Shown here: in pieces, positions 54,271 through 63,884 of the stretch
Position numbering within the stretch: the first letter of the stretch is position 1
Layout of the letters: each line of letters begins with the position of its first letter
Origin: Candidatus Nomurabacteria bacterium
GTDB lineage: Bacteria; Patescibacteriota; Minisyncoccia; Phycocordibacterales; UBA918
Assembly: GCA_020632015.1 (NCBI GenBank)
Contig: JACKGI010000003.1
Span: 1,421-65,420 of the forward strand
Length of the DNA stretch: 64,000 nucleotides
Direction of reading: 5' to 3'
Translations under genes and position numbers: made by a program
Notes under the pieces: generated by a model
What the model saw: only the letters and a program-made list of their open reading frames with translations
Told to the model about the DNA's origin: nothing
The model's database searches: none

Positions 54271-54352
54271 ACACATCAAACTTCAACCCACACAATGCTT
54301 CGCTTCGGAAAACAAATACTCACTTCGCTCGTGCTTGTTTCCTCAGCTAACA

Positions 54353-54390
54353 TTGTAAGCTTCGCGCTCTACCAACTGAGCTATGGATGG
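54353..54390 (-). pseudogene. 5' fragment of a tRNA (acceptor CCAUCCA, D arm, anticodon-stem 5' strand, loop CUUACAA with anticodon UAC, Val-like)
   Basis: Positions 8-35 are identical (28 nt) to the tRNA-Ile gene. No matching CUUCG 3' stem strand follows. Confidence 0.6.
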
Positions 54391-54836
54391 TTGGTGCTCA
54401 ACACTATAACGCAGAGTCACAAATGGAACAATGTTGACTCCTTTACAAATAGTCATGTTTTGGTAATACTATATAAAGGGTTACTCCTAATGTGCCCTGT
54501 TTCACACCACTCGGGAGCAATTCCCGGCGGGGGCAGTCTACATGACAGGCTGCCCCCTTTTATTTTGTAGATACTTGATATCCAAGATTTTTCATATACA
54601 ATCGAAATAGGCGCACTATTCGGTGTGCTGGATTAGAAGGAGTATACGTTTATGATATATGCCATCAAACCCTTCCCATCCACCAAGTTTCTTAAAGGAG
54701 GTGATTGCCTCTAGAAGGCTATCTTAAGGTGCTGTTGAAAGTCTCATACTGTGGGACTCATGAAATATCACCAAACGAGGCTCACCCCCTCAAACATTAT
54801 TTGACCGCAGAGTTTCTATCGCCTGCGGTTTTTTAT

Positions 54837-57014
54837 TTATTCCATATGTAGAACTTCGCCTATACGAGCGACCCTTTCTGCAATAAGAGGGAAGTCCTTT
54901 GATAATTCGGGATGAGTTTCTACAAGATGTCTTGCTTCATTACGAGCTGCTTCAACTAACTTTAGGTTACGGATAGCTTCCATCCCTAAGTCCGAAAGAC
55001 CAGATTGTTTGCCTCCGTAGAGTTCTCCGCCACCACGAAACTGTAAGTCGTGTTCTGCTAGTTCAAAACCATTTTTGGCGGTGGCTAGTGCTTTGAGACG
55101 GTCGCGAGTTTTGTCGCTCTTGCTGTCAGTTACAGCAAAGCAGTACGGCTGATGAGTTCCTCTAATAACTCTTCCTCGAAGTTGATGGAGTTGAGCAAGT
55201 CCAAATCTTTCAGCTCCTTCTATAATAATGTTGGTAGCGTTTGGAACATTTACTCCCACTTCTACAACTGAAGTGGCACAAAGTATGTCAATTTTATGGG
55301 CATTGAATTCATTCATTATTTTGTCCTTTTCCGCGGGAGTCATTTTTCCGTGTAGAACTCCGATGTTCCACTCTTGGAATACATCTTTCTTTAGACGTTT
55401 AGCTTCAGCTATGACGCTCTTCATATTGAGTGCCGTTTGTTTGTCTGGATCTGGTTCTTCGATGCGGGGGCAAATGACGTAAGCTTGTCGGCCGGCCTCA
55501 AGCTCGGAGCGGACATGGTCATACATTTCTTTACTTTGTCCCGGACCAACAATAGTCGTCTTAACCGCTTTTCGGCCGGCCGGCATCTCCTCCAACAAAG
55601 TAATGTCTAAATCACCATAAATAGTAAGAGCAAGAGTACGGGGGATAGGAGTGGCGGTCATAGAAAGTAAGTGTGGCAGTCGAGAGTCTTTCTTGGCTAG
55701 TTTTTTTCTTTGGTTTGTTCCGAAGCGATGTTGCTCGTCGATAATCACGTAAGCTAAATGTTTGAACTCCACACTCTTATATATGAGAGAATGAGTTCCG
55801 ATTACAATCGGTATCTCTCCATTGGCAATCCATTTGGTTAGTTGAGCTTTAGAAATCTTTGTTGGTTTAGTTGGGTCTGACTTACTTGGGAATTTCATGC
55901 AACCACTTCCAGTAATAAGACCAATCTGAATCGGTAGGTGTTGAAAATATTCAATGAAGCTTTCGAAGTGTTGTTTGGCGAGGATTTCAGTCGGAGCCAT
56001 GTAGGCAACTTGCAGGTTTCCGTACTCAATTTTTTTGTCCATCCCTTCGGGTGGACGTGAAGTAGCTACAGCGTAGGCGGTGGTAGCTGCGACAGCAGTC
56101 TTACCGCTTCCTACATCACCTTCAAGTAGTCTGGACATGGCGTGGTTATCGACAAAGTTTTTGGTAATCGCCTCGATGGATTTGTTTTGAGATTTGGTAA
56201 GTTTAAATTCAAATCTATCAGTAAACTCCTTTATATGTTGAGGTGAGGTTCGGATGGTGTAAGTTTGTGCTGCACTTACCGCTGCTCGTTCTTGGGCTTT
56301 TTGTACTTGTATGTAAAACACTTCCTCAAAGGCGAATCGTTTTCGTGCACTTTCAGCATCCTTGGCTTTTTTGGGAGAGTGAATCCAGACCAAAGCCGTT
56401 TTTAGTTCCGGCAAATTATATTTTTTTAGGATTTCTACTGGAATCGGATCAATCAAGGTCTCCAATATTTTTTTCTCAAAACATTTGAGAACAGTGTGGT
56501 AAATCCACTTACTGGTGATTCCTTTGGTTTCTCGATAGACAGGGTAGAGAGTGTCGTCGCCAGAACCAGTGTCTTTAAAAATAGAATCATGACGATCGAT
56601 AGGAAGTGAATCGAGTGGCTCAACCTCTGGGTTAGAAAGGTAAAGTTTGCCTTCACTACCCGATACTTTTCCGGCTAGTTTTACGTACATGCCATCCGTA
56701 TACATTTTGGCGATGTACGGTTGGTTGAACCACATGATTTTCATCTTGGCGGAGCCGTCTTCCACGTAACCTTCAGCTATTGGTTTCTTGCTTTTCCAAG
56801 CCTTGCGAGTTTTGAGTCCGGACAGCTGTCCGTAGACAACGGTGTCTTGATTTTTCTCTAGACTACCGACTGATTGAACATCAGAAATATCTTCATAGCG
56901 TGCAGGCAAATGATAAAGTAGGTCTGAGACAGTTTCTATATTCAGACGTAACAAAGCCTTCTTATGGGCAGTATCAATACGGAAATGGTCGGCCAGACTG
57001 TCTGATAGTTTCAT
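54837..57014 (-). CDS. recG: ATP-dependent DNA helicase RecG
   Basis: Wedge-domain N-terminus, helicase motifs GDVGSGKT, DEQHRFG, TATPIPRT, QLHQLRGRV. Confidence 0.95.
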   Translation of the reverse strand: MKLSDSLADHFRIDTAHKKALLRLNIETVSDLLYHLPARYEDISDVQSVGSLEKNQDTVVYGQLSGLKTRKAWKSKKPIAEGYVEDGSAKMKIMWFNQPYIAKMYTDGMYVKLAGKVSGSEGKLYLSNPEVEPLDSLPIDRHDSIFKDTGSGDDTLYPVYRETKGITSKWIYHTVLKCFEKKILETLIDPIPVEILKKYNLPELKTALVWIHSPKKAKDAESARKRFAFEEVFYIQVQKAQERAAVSAAQTYTIRTSPQHIKEFTDRFEFKLTKSQNKSIEAITKNFVDNHAMSRLLEGDVGSGKTAVAATTAYAVATSRPPEGMDKKIEYGNLQVAYMAPTEILAKQHFESFIEYFQHLPIQIGLITGSGCMKFPSKSDPTKPTKISKAQLTKWIANGEIPIVIGTHSLIYKSVEFKHLAYVIIDEQHRFGTNQRKKLAKKDSRLPHLLSMTATPIPRTLALTIYGDLDITLLEEMPAGRKAVKTTIVGPGQSKEMYDHVRSELEAGRQAYVICPRIEEPDPDKQTALNMKSVIAEAKRLKKDVFQEWNIGVLHGKMTPAEKDKIMNEFNAHKIDILCATSVVEVGVNVPNATNIIIEGAERFGLAQLHQLRGRVIRGTHQPYCFAVTDSKSDKTRDRLKALATAKNGFELAEHDLQFRGGGELYGGKQSGLSDLGMEAIRNLKLVEAARNEARHLVETHPELSKDFPLIAERVARIGEVLHME

Positions 57015-57111
57015 AAGAGTATTGTACCAAGTTCATAATAAATTTGCCGGTCTAGGCAAGAGGCGTATACTAGTAGTTACTTTTATATTTTTAATGTAAC
57101 AACCATTATCC

Positions 57112-58272
57112 ATGCCAGCAAAGAAACCCGACTATAACAAGCTTGCCCTTGCGCTTCATAAAAAACTTAAGGGAAAACTCTCTATAGAAAGTAAGGGAAA
57201 GTTAAAAACCAAGACTGACTGGAGTACGATGTATACTCCGGGGGTTGGGGCAGTGTCTAGTCATCTGGCTAAGCATCCAAAACAAGCACGTGAATACACC
57301 ATGAAAAGAAACACTGTAGCTGTGGTCAGCGATGGTTCGGCTGTGCTTGGTCTTGGTGATATCGGTGCAATTGCTTCTCTCCCTGTGATGGAAGGAAAGG
57401 CAGCTATTTTTAAAGAGATGGCAGACGTAGATGCTGTTCCGATTGTACTAGATACCAAAGAGCCTGAAGAGATAATCAGGATTGTAAAAGCTATCGCACC
57501 CGGCTTTGGGGGAATTAATCTAGAAGATATTTCTGCACCAAAGTGTTTTGAGATTGAAGAAAGATTAAAGGCGGAGCTAGATATTCCAGTCATGCACGAT
57601 GACCAACATGGTACAGCGATTGTGGTTTTGGCCGGCCTTATCAATGCGTCAAAGGTTGTTCAAAAAAAGATGACCAGCATGAAGGTGGTGGTAGTTGGAG
57701 CTGGAGCGGCCGGCCGAGCTGTCGCGCTTCTGCTTCATCTGGCTGGGGTGCAAGAAATAATCGTGGTTGATTCTAAGGGTGCTATCTATGAAGGTCGGCC
57801 GGGTCTTGAAGGGTACAAACGGAAGTTGGCTGAAATTACCAACCCAACAAACCTAGTTGGAGATGTACTTACAGCTTGTGAAGGAGCAGACGTGATTGTC
57901 GGAGTTTCTGGTCCGGGAACAATTGCTCCTGCTCATATAGAGAGAATGTCTCACCAGCCAATTGTATTTGCTTTGGCTAATCCGATTCCAGAAATAATGC
58001 CAGAAGACGCAAAGAGGGCTGGAGCGTATGTTGTAGCTACAGGACGTTCAGATTTTCCAAACCAAATAAACAATGCCTTAGCTTTCCCGGGAATTTTCCG
58101 TGGAGCATTGGATAAAGGAGTGCGGATGATTACTGATGAGATGAAACTAGAGGCCGCCAAGAAGATTGCTGGTTTGATAAAAAAACCAACTCCTGATAGC
58201 ATCATTCCTCCGGTCATGACTCCTGGTCTAGTGAAAGCTGTAGCTAGTGCAATAAAGTTACCTAAGAAGTAA
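57112..58272 (+). CDS. NAD(P)-dependent malic enzyme (short form)
   Basis: VVSDGSAVLGLGDIG, FGGINLEDI, HDDQHGTA, GAGAAG. Confidence 0.92.
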   Translation: MPAKKPDYNKLALALHKKLKGKLSIESKGKLKTKTDWSTMYTPGVGAVSSHLAKHPKQAREYTMKRNTVAVVSDGSAVLGLGDIGAIASLPVMEGKAAIFKEMADVDAVPIVLDTKEPEEIIRIVKAIAPGFGGINLEDISAPKCFEIEERLKAELDIPVMHDDQHGTAIVVLAGLINASKVVQKKMTSMKVVVVGAGAAGRAVALLLHLAGVQEIIVVDSKGAIYEGRPGLEGYKRKLAEITNPTNLVGDVLTACEGADVIVGVSGPGTIAPAHIERMSHQPIVFALANPIPEIMPEDAKRAGAYVVATGRSDFPNQINNALAFPGIFRGALDKGVRMITDEMKLEAAKKIAGLIKKPTPDSIIPPVMTPGLVKAVASAIKLPKK

Positions 58273-58327
58273 TTGAAATGATTATATTTTTTATAGAAGT
58301 GTTTTATTAGTTTAAAGTATCGCTTGA

Positions 58328-59143
58328 ATGGATTGGTTTATTACTCAAGGACCTGTTACACAAGCCCTATTAGCAGGTTTATTTACATGGGGAGTTACCG
58401 CGCTTGGTGCGGCAACGGTATTTTTCTTTAAAGAAATAAATAAAAAAATATTAAATGGCATGTTGGCTTTTGCGGCTGGCGTGATGATTGCTGCAAGTTT
58501 TTGGTCTTTACTTTCTCCAGCTATAGATATGTCAGAAGGGGGAGTGTTTCCAGTTTGGGTTCCTCCGTTAATTGGTTTCTTGTTAGGTGCTGGGACACTT
58601 TGGGTTATGGATAAAGTAATTCCTCACTTACACCTTGGTTTTCCTGTGGCAGAAGCAGAAGGTCCGAAGACTTCATGGCACAGAAGTGTTTTATTAGTAT
58701 CAGCGATTACACTTCATAATATCCCCGAAGGGTTAGCAGTAGGAGTTGCTTTTGGTGCGGCATACGCAGGACTTGAAAGTGCTTCAATGGCTGGAGCTGT
58801 TGCGTTAGCAGTAGGAATTGGTATCCAAAATTTTCCAGAAGGAGCTGCAGTATCAGTACCTCTTCGTCGAGAGGGATTTACTCGCTGGAAATCCTTTGTC
58901 TATGGACAATTCTCAGGGATGGTAGAGCCTTTTGCGGCTGTAGCAGGTGCTGCATTGGTGGTTGTGTTTACTCCAATCCTTCCATACGCTCTTGCTTTTG
59001 CTGCGGGGGCAATGCTTTTTGTGGTAGTAGAAGAATTAATTCCTGAGGCGCAACGTGGCGGTCCAGGTATGACAGACTTTGCTACTATGGGTGCAATACT
59101 TGGTTTTGCAATCATGATGACTTTAGACGTAGCTTTAGGATAG
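58328..59143 (+). CDS. ZIP-family metal (zinc) transporter
   Basis: Eight hydrophobic segments. [10 protein letters not shown] and QNFPEG motifs. Confidence 0.88.
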   Translation: MDWFITQGPVTQALLAGLFTWGVTALGAATVFFFKEINKKILNGMLAFAAGVMIAASFWSLLSPAIDMSEGGVFPVWVPPLIGFLLGAGTLWVMDKVIPHLHLGFPVAEAEGPKTSWHRSVLLVSAITLHNIPEGLAVGVAFGAAYAGLESASMAGAVALAVGIGIQNFPEGAAVSVPLRREGFTRWKSFVYGQFSGMVEPFAAVAGAALVVVFTPILPYALAFAAGAMLFVVVEELIPEAQRGGPGMTDFATMGAILGFAIMMTLDVALG

Positions 59144-59154
59144 AGTGGATAGAA

Positions 59155-59186
59155 AAAGCCGGCCCCTTCGGGGCCGGCTTTTTCTT
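59155..59186 (+). terminator. Terminator after the ZIP gene
   Basis: aaaaagccggcccc-ttcg-gggccggcttttt. Confidence 0.8.
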
Positions 59187-59247
59187 TTGCCTTCTCATCT
59201 TTTATGCTATTCTAGCCAGCACAGAAGTGACCAAATAGAATAATACG

Positions 59248-59265
59248 GGAGAGTTGGCTGAGTGG
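59248..59265 (+). repeat. Duplicated 5' end (18 nt) of tRNA-Ser, 137 nt upstream of the intact gene
   Basis: ggagagttggctgagtgg is identical to 59385-59402. Followed by a perfect 13-bp hairpin gatgaaaagtgaa/ttcacttttcatc. Confidence 0.85.
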
Positions 59266-59384
59266 ATGAAAAGTGAAATTGATTCACTTTTCATCTGGTC
59301 CGCGAACAAGTGAGCGGAATTGCCGATATTTATGAGGCAATAGGTGGACGAAATTTTCGACCACTACCTTAATTAAATAATTAC

Positions 59385-59472
59385 GGAGAGTTGGCTGAGT
59401 GGTCGAAAGCGCTTCACTGCTAACGAAGTAAGCCTGATAAAGGCTTCAAGGGTTCGAATCCCTTACTCTCCG
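59385..59472 (+). tRNA. tRNA-Ser(GCU)
   Basis: Class II tRNA: acceptor GGAGAGU/ACUCUCC, anticodon loop CUGCUAA, long variable arm AAGCCUGAUAAAGGCUUC, T arm AAGGG-UUCGAAU-CCCUU, discriminator G. Confidence 0.88.
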
Positions 59473-59562
59473 CATCATCGAGCTAGCACGAGGAACTATC
59501 GTTTTAGCTCAAAGAAGCACCCGCTTGGGTGCTTCTTTGTTATAGCGTATTATTGACATTCT

Positions 59563-60357
59563 ATGTTTAAATCAATCGTAGTTGCTATTTTTTTAGTCGG
59601 AGCTGTCGGAGCTTTTGTATTTTTTACAAATACTCAAAAATCACCAGACTATCACCTAGATGTTAGTAAGGATTCTTCTACACCAGAACAAGTATTTTCA
59701 CTTGAGTTGAATGTTGGGGCACAAACTATAGACGACAGTGTTACAATTACCCGCGCGTATCTAACTGAATCAGGCTTTATTGTGCTTAGAGAGGTTATTG
59801 AAAGTAAGTTGGGACAGATCGTTGAAATCAGTCAGTATCTAAAAGCTGGTGAACATGCTGATATAAAAATACCAGTTGGAGATTTTTACGATGGTACAAA
59901 TGAACTTATAGCAGTCATCTATAAAGATGTCGGGGACGACGAAGTATTTAATGATCTTGACACTCCCATAGTGGATGCGAAAGGTTCAGTTATGGCTCGG
60001 TATGTTAAGACTGGTGAAGTAGTACCTGCATCACTTTTGCAAGCCAACACTAATTCACAGCTCGGTCACATGATGGGTAATATGAAAATGGAGACAGTTC
60101 GGTACACCAACGATGGTTTTGTGCCAACACAACTAGATATTCAGGTTGGAACAATGGTTCAATTTGTAAATGAAAGTGATACTGACATGTGGGTGGCATC
60201 AAATGTTCACCCAGCGCACGACATCCTGCCTACTTTTGACCAGTTTGGTACAACAGAGAAAGGTGGAGTTTATACGTATGTTTTTGATAAAGCTGGGGAT
60301 TGGAAGTATCACGACCATATCAACGCAGCGTTTGAGGGAGTTATTAGTGTTCAATAG
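59563..60357 (+). CDS. Secreted protein with C-terminal cupredoxin-like domain
   Basis: N-terminal anchor. The C-terminal ~90 aa (VGTMVQFVNESDTDMWV...HPAHD...WKYHDH) weakly resemble a cupredoxin/EfeO-like fold. Confidence 0.5.
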   Translation: MFKSIVVAIFLVGAVGAFVFFTNTQKSPDYHLDVSKDSSTPEQVFSLELNVGAQTIDDSVTITRAYLTESGFIVLREVIESKLGQIVEISQYLKAGEHADIKIPVGDFYDGTNELIAVIYKDVGDDEVFNDLDTPIVDAKGSVMARYVKTGEVVPASLLQANTNSQLGHMMGNMKMETVRYTNDGFVPTQLDIQVGTMVQFVNESDTDMWVASNVHPAHDILPTFDQFGTTEKGGVYTYVFDKAGDWKYHDHINAAFEGVISVQ

Positions 60358-60397
60358 TTATTTCTAAAGTAGAAATGATTAGAGAGCTATTTTTACC

Positions 60398-60859
60398 ATG
60401 AATCCCGAAATTATAATTTTCTTAGCAACGAAACTACACGTGATAATCGTGGTCACTGTTTTGGTATATATCTTGTTTTTACACAAAGAAAAACGAAATC
60501 AAACACTACTTCTTGCATTATTAACGCTACCCATAGCGTTTATTTTTGGGAAGGTCGCTAGCTTATTTATAGATAATCCACGACCCTTTGTTGTTGAGGG
60601 TATCACTACGTTGATTCAACATATTGCTGATAATGGATTTCCATCAGACCATACACTGCTGGCCGCTACGGTTGCTTGTATAGTGTTTGTATACAACAAA
60701 CCTCTGGGTGCAATTCTTCTGGGTCTAAGCATCTTGGTGGGTGTGTCACGAGTATTGGCTGGGGTGCATCATTATATTGATGTTTCCGGTAGCGTATTAA
60801 TTGCTGTCTTTGCAACTTATCTAGCGACGGTTGTTATACAGCGTCAACGACTTTTTTAA
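60398..60859 (+). CDS. PAP2-family phosphatase (undecaprenyl-diphosphatase BcrC-like)
   Basis: NPRP, PSDH and SRVLAGVHHYIDV motifs in a membrane protein. Confidence 0.85.
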   Translation: MNPEIIIFLATKLHVIIVVTVLVYILFLHKEKRNQTLLLALLTLPIAFIFGKVASLFIDNPRPFVVEGITTLIQHIADNGFPSDHTLLAATVACIVFVYNKPLGAILLGLSILVGVSRVLAGVHHYIDVSGSVLIAVFATYLATVVIQRQRLF

Positions 60860-61217
60860 GCCTCGTCTCCACTTCTTCTGCGATATCCGCGATGGCATCA
60901 TTTTCAACTGCGCTCATGGCAGCACTCGGAAGCATTGCCGAGACATGAACGTCATCCCCAGTTTGATAGACAATTACATTGCATGGCAACAGAAGACCTA
61001 TTTCTTTTTCTGCTTCTAGTGCTTTGTGAGCAAAGGTTGGATTGCAGGCACCGAGAATAGTGTAATTCTCATAGTTGAGATCAAGCTTCTTCCTCATGGT
61101 GGCTTTGACGTCGATAGTTGTAAGTACGCCGAACCCCTCTGTAGCCAATGCTTCAGTTACTTTTATAATCGCTTCTTCAAACGGAGGGCTAACAATTTTT
61201 GAATATCCGTATTTCAT
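60834..61217 (-). CDS. DUF302-domain protein
   Basis: FEEAIIKVTEALATEGFGVLTTIDV...ILGACNP...LLPCNVIVY. Confidence 0.75.
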   Translation of the reverse strand: MKYGYSKIVSPPFEEAIIKVTEALATEGFGVLTTIDVKATMRKKLDLNYENYTILGACNPTFAHKALEAEKEIGLLLPCNVIVYQTGDDVHVSAMLPSAAMSAVENDAIADIAEEVETRLKKVVDAV

Positions 61218-61218
61218 A

Positions 61219-61476
61219 CTAATTTATCTCTCTCGTTACGAACCAGTTGTACACGAGTGCAAAGGCGTACAAAATCACAAAACTGATTATTGCTGCCTCT
61301 ACCATCCCACCCAGGATTCCACCAAATGAAGGAGAGAAGAACATGTGCCACTCTCTCATCATCATTCCAGCTCCAGTGTATAGACCTAAGTTCATGAGTA
61401 CCCCGAGAAGCAACATACATGCTGCGGATACGATTGCCCCTGCGTATCCAAGAGCGAGTGCATTAAGTGTTTTCAT
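61219..61476 (-). CDS. Small membrane protein (85 aa), Met/Gly-rich
   Basis: Two or three hydrophobic segments. Adjacent to the DUF302 gene and the copper module. Confidence 0.55.
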   Translation of the reverse strand: MKTLNALALGYAGAIVSAACMLLLGVLMNLGLYTGAGMMMREWHMFFSPSFGGILGGMVEAAIISFVILYAFALVYNWFVTREIN

Positions 61477-61509
61477 ATAAAATATTTTGTTGGATTAGTA
61501 AAAGTGGTA

Positions 61510-61538
61510 TTGACCTAAATACCCCCTAGGGGTATTAT
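61510..61538 (+). promoter_or_regulatory. Promoter (TTGACC-N17-TATTAT) overlapped by a CsoR-type operator palindrome
   Basis: ATACCCC-cta-GGGGTAT (61519-61535) sits between the -35 and -10 elements. Confidence 0.6.
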
Positions 61539-61546
61539 ACCAGCAT

Positions 61547-61816
61547 ATGAAAAAAGAAGTCAAGAAACGTGTCACCCATCGTCTCAAGATTATTGAGGGA
61601 CAGGTACGAGGTCTAAATAAAATGATTGATGAGGAGGCATATTGTCTTGATATCATCACGCAATCATCAGCTATACGTCATGCCCTTGGTTCAATTGAGG
61701 ACTTGATGCTTGAGAATCACCTGACTACTCACGTGAAGGAACAGATGCAAAGTGGTGAGGATAAGAAGGCGGCTGAAGAAATCCTAGCAATTTATAAGCT
61801 CGCTAAGAAAAAATAA
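61547..61816 (+). CDS. csoR: CsoR/RcnR-family metal-sensing transcriptional repressor
   Basis: RLKIIEGQVRGLNKMIDEEAYCLDIITQSSAIRHAL. Confidence 0.88.
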   Translation: MKKEVKKRVTHRLKIIEGQVRGLNKMIDEEAYCLDIITQSSAIRHALGSIEDLMLENHLTTHVKEQMQSGEDKKAAEEILAIYKLAKKK

Positions 61817-61817
61817 T

Positions 61818-63854
61818 ATGCATACACATTCAAACAATAATCATAGCGACCACCATGCTCACAAGCATCACAACCATAGTGAGCACGGTAGTCACGGCAT
61901 GGGTCATGGTTCGGCAGAAGTGTTCCTTCGACGTTTTTGGATTGTCACCTTTTTACTTATTCCACTCGTTGTTACCAACGAAGCTGTAGCAGGTTTCTTT
62001 GGAATACCAACCTTCGAGCTTGGAAAATGGATATCCTTTGCAATCGCAACGGTTGTCTTTGGCTTTTCACTTATCTTCTTCCAACACGCTCTTCATGAGA
62101 TAAAAGCTCGTAAGTACGGCATGATGACGTTAGTCTCCCTTGCCGTCGGAGCAGGATATCTATTCTCGGTAGCGTCTACGTTCATTCCGTCATTACATGC
62201 TGAGTTCTACCTTGAAATCTCAACCTTGATTTGGGTGCTTCTTTTTGGTCACTATCTTGAAGCACGCTCAGGAGCAGCTGCGGGAAATGCTTTGCAAGAA
62301 GTTGCTAAGCTTTTACCAAAGCAAGCGCACAAACTAGTTAACGGTGTAGAAGAAGATGTTGATGTCACTGAATTAAAAGAAGACGACCAAGTACTTGTAA
62401 AGCCAGGCGAGAAAATTCCAGCTGATGGGGTTATCCTTTCCGGTTCAGCTAATGTTGATGAGGCACTTATCAGTGGTGAATCAAAACCGATTCATAAAAG
62501 CGAAGGAGATGAAGTGGTGGCAGGCAGTATTTGTCTTGATGGTTCTTTGACTCTGAAACTATCTCGTGTCGGTGAGCACTCCACCATCGGTCAGATTCAA
62601 AAATTGATTGCAGAAGCGCAACAGACAAAGCCAAACTCACAGCGTATTGCTGACAAAGCAGCGGGCATTCTTACTTTTGTTGCAGGAATCACAGCTCTTC
62701 TCACTATTCTTGTGTGGTCACTGCTACTTGGTGAAACATTTACCTTCTCAATTACGCTCGCAATAACAGTCTTAGTCATTGCGTGTCCACATGCCCTTGG
62801 CTTGGCGATTCCAACAGTCACCACCATTACCACCTCGCTTGCAGTTAAGAACGGGTTCTTTATCAAGAACCTCGCTAAGATAGAAGTCATTCGAAAAGCT
62901 GACTATGTCGTGTTTGATAAAACAGGAACCTTGACCTCCGGCGTATTTGGAGTAACTGATGTAACAACCGTTGGGGACTTTACCAAGGACCAGGTTCTTA
63001 AAGTTGCTGGCTCGCTTGAACAACATTCTTCTCATATTATTGGGCAGTCGATTGTGGCACACGCAAAAAAAGAAAGAATCAGACTCGAAAATATATCAGA
63101 GTTCAAGAACGTAGCTGGTAAAGGGATTAAAGCGGTACTTGATGGTGTAACGTACACCGTTGGAAACAAGGCAATTATGCAAGAAGTAGGTATTACCACT
63201 ACAGATTCAGAAAAAGCATACGGTGAACTCACATCTAAAGGAAAAACCACTATCTTTGTGGCTAACGAAACGAAGGTAATTGGACTTATTAGTCTCTCAG
63301 ACACAATAAAAGAAGAATCATTTAATGCACTCAAGAAACTGCACGACATGGGCGTAAAGGTAGCGATGCTTACCGGCGATAATAAAGCGGTCGCACAATC
63401 AGTGGCAGAAGAACTCAACATCGATACCTACTTCGCTGAGGTGTTACCTGAAGATAAATACACGCACATTAAATCTCTGCAAAAAGATGGGAGTGTGGTG
63501 CTGATGGTTGGTGACGGCGTCAATGATGCGCCAGCACTTACTCAAGCAGACGCTGGGATTGCAATTGGTGCAGGTACCGATGTGGCGGTTGAAGCTGGAG
63601 ATGTGGTTCTTACAAAAAGCAATCCAGAAGATATAGTAAAGCTCATAAAGCTCTCAAAAAAAGTCTACTCTAAAATGATTCAAAATCTCGTCTGGGCACT
63701 CGGATACAACATTGTGGCTATTCCAGCCGCAGCTGGAGCGTTCGCCTATTGGGGATTCTTCCTACGGCCTGAAATCGGTGCTTTTGTGATGAGTTTGTCG
63801 ACCGTTATTGTGGTTGCAAATGCTATGTTACTTAAACGCATAGACTTAAGTTAA
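61818..63854 (+). CDS. copB: Copper-translocating P1B-type ATPase with His-rich N-terminus (CopB-like)
   Basis: HSDHHAHKHHNHSEHGSHGMGHG, TM CPH motif (ACPHALGLA), DKTGTLT, GDGVNDAP. Confidence 0.92.
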   Translation: MHTHSNNNHSDHHAHKHHNHSEHGSHGMGHGSAEVFLRRFWIVTFLLIPLVVTNEAVAGFFGIPTFELGKWISFAIATVVFGFSLIFFQHALHEIKARKYGMMTLVSLAVGAGYLFSVASTFIPSLHAEFYLEISTLIWVLLFGHYLEARSGAAAGNALQEVAKLLPKQAHKLVNGVEEDVDVTELKEDDQVLVKPGEKIPADGVILSGSANVDEALISGESKPIHKSEGDEVVAGSICLDGSLTLKLSRVGEHSTIGQIQKLIAEAQQTKPNSQRIADKAAGILTFVAGITALLTILVWSLLLGETFTFSITLAITVLVIACPHALGLAIPTVTTITTSLAVKNGFFIKNLAKIEVIRKADYVVFDKTGTLTSGVFGVTDVTTVGDFTKDQVLKVAGSLEQHSSHIIGQSIVAHAKKERIRLENISEFKNVAGKGIKAVLDGVTYTVGNKAIMQEVGITTTDSEKAYGELTSKGKTTIFVANETKVIGLISLSDTIKEESFNALKKLHDMGVKVAMLTGDNKAVAQSVAEELNIDTYFAEVLPEDKYTHIKSLQKDGSVVLMVGDGVNDAPALTQADAGIAIGAGTDVAVEAGDVVLTKSNPEDIVKLIKLSKKVYSKMIQNLVWALGYNIVAIPAAAGAFAYWGFFLRPEIGAFVMSLSTVIVVANAMLLKRIDLS

Positions 63855-63884
63855 ATTGAAGAATAGTATACAATTACATCAAAT

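Noticed and set aside
54295-54570. 91-aa ORF on the plus strand
   Set aside because: It overlaps the antisense of the tRNA genes and fragments and has no coding features.
54637-54836. Two mini-ORFs (20 aa at 54652-54714 with AAGGAG 9 nt upstream, and a 14-aa ORF further on) between two hairpin terminators downstream of recG
   Set aside because: They are too short to support from sequence alone, and nothing can be said about their conservation. Noted only as a possible small-peptide or leader locus.
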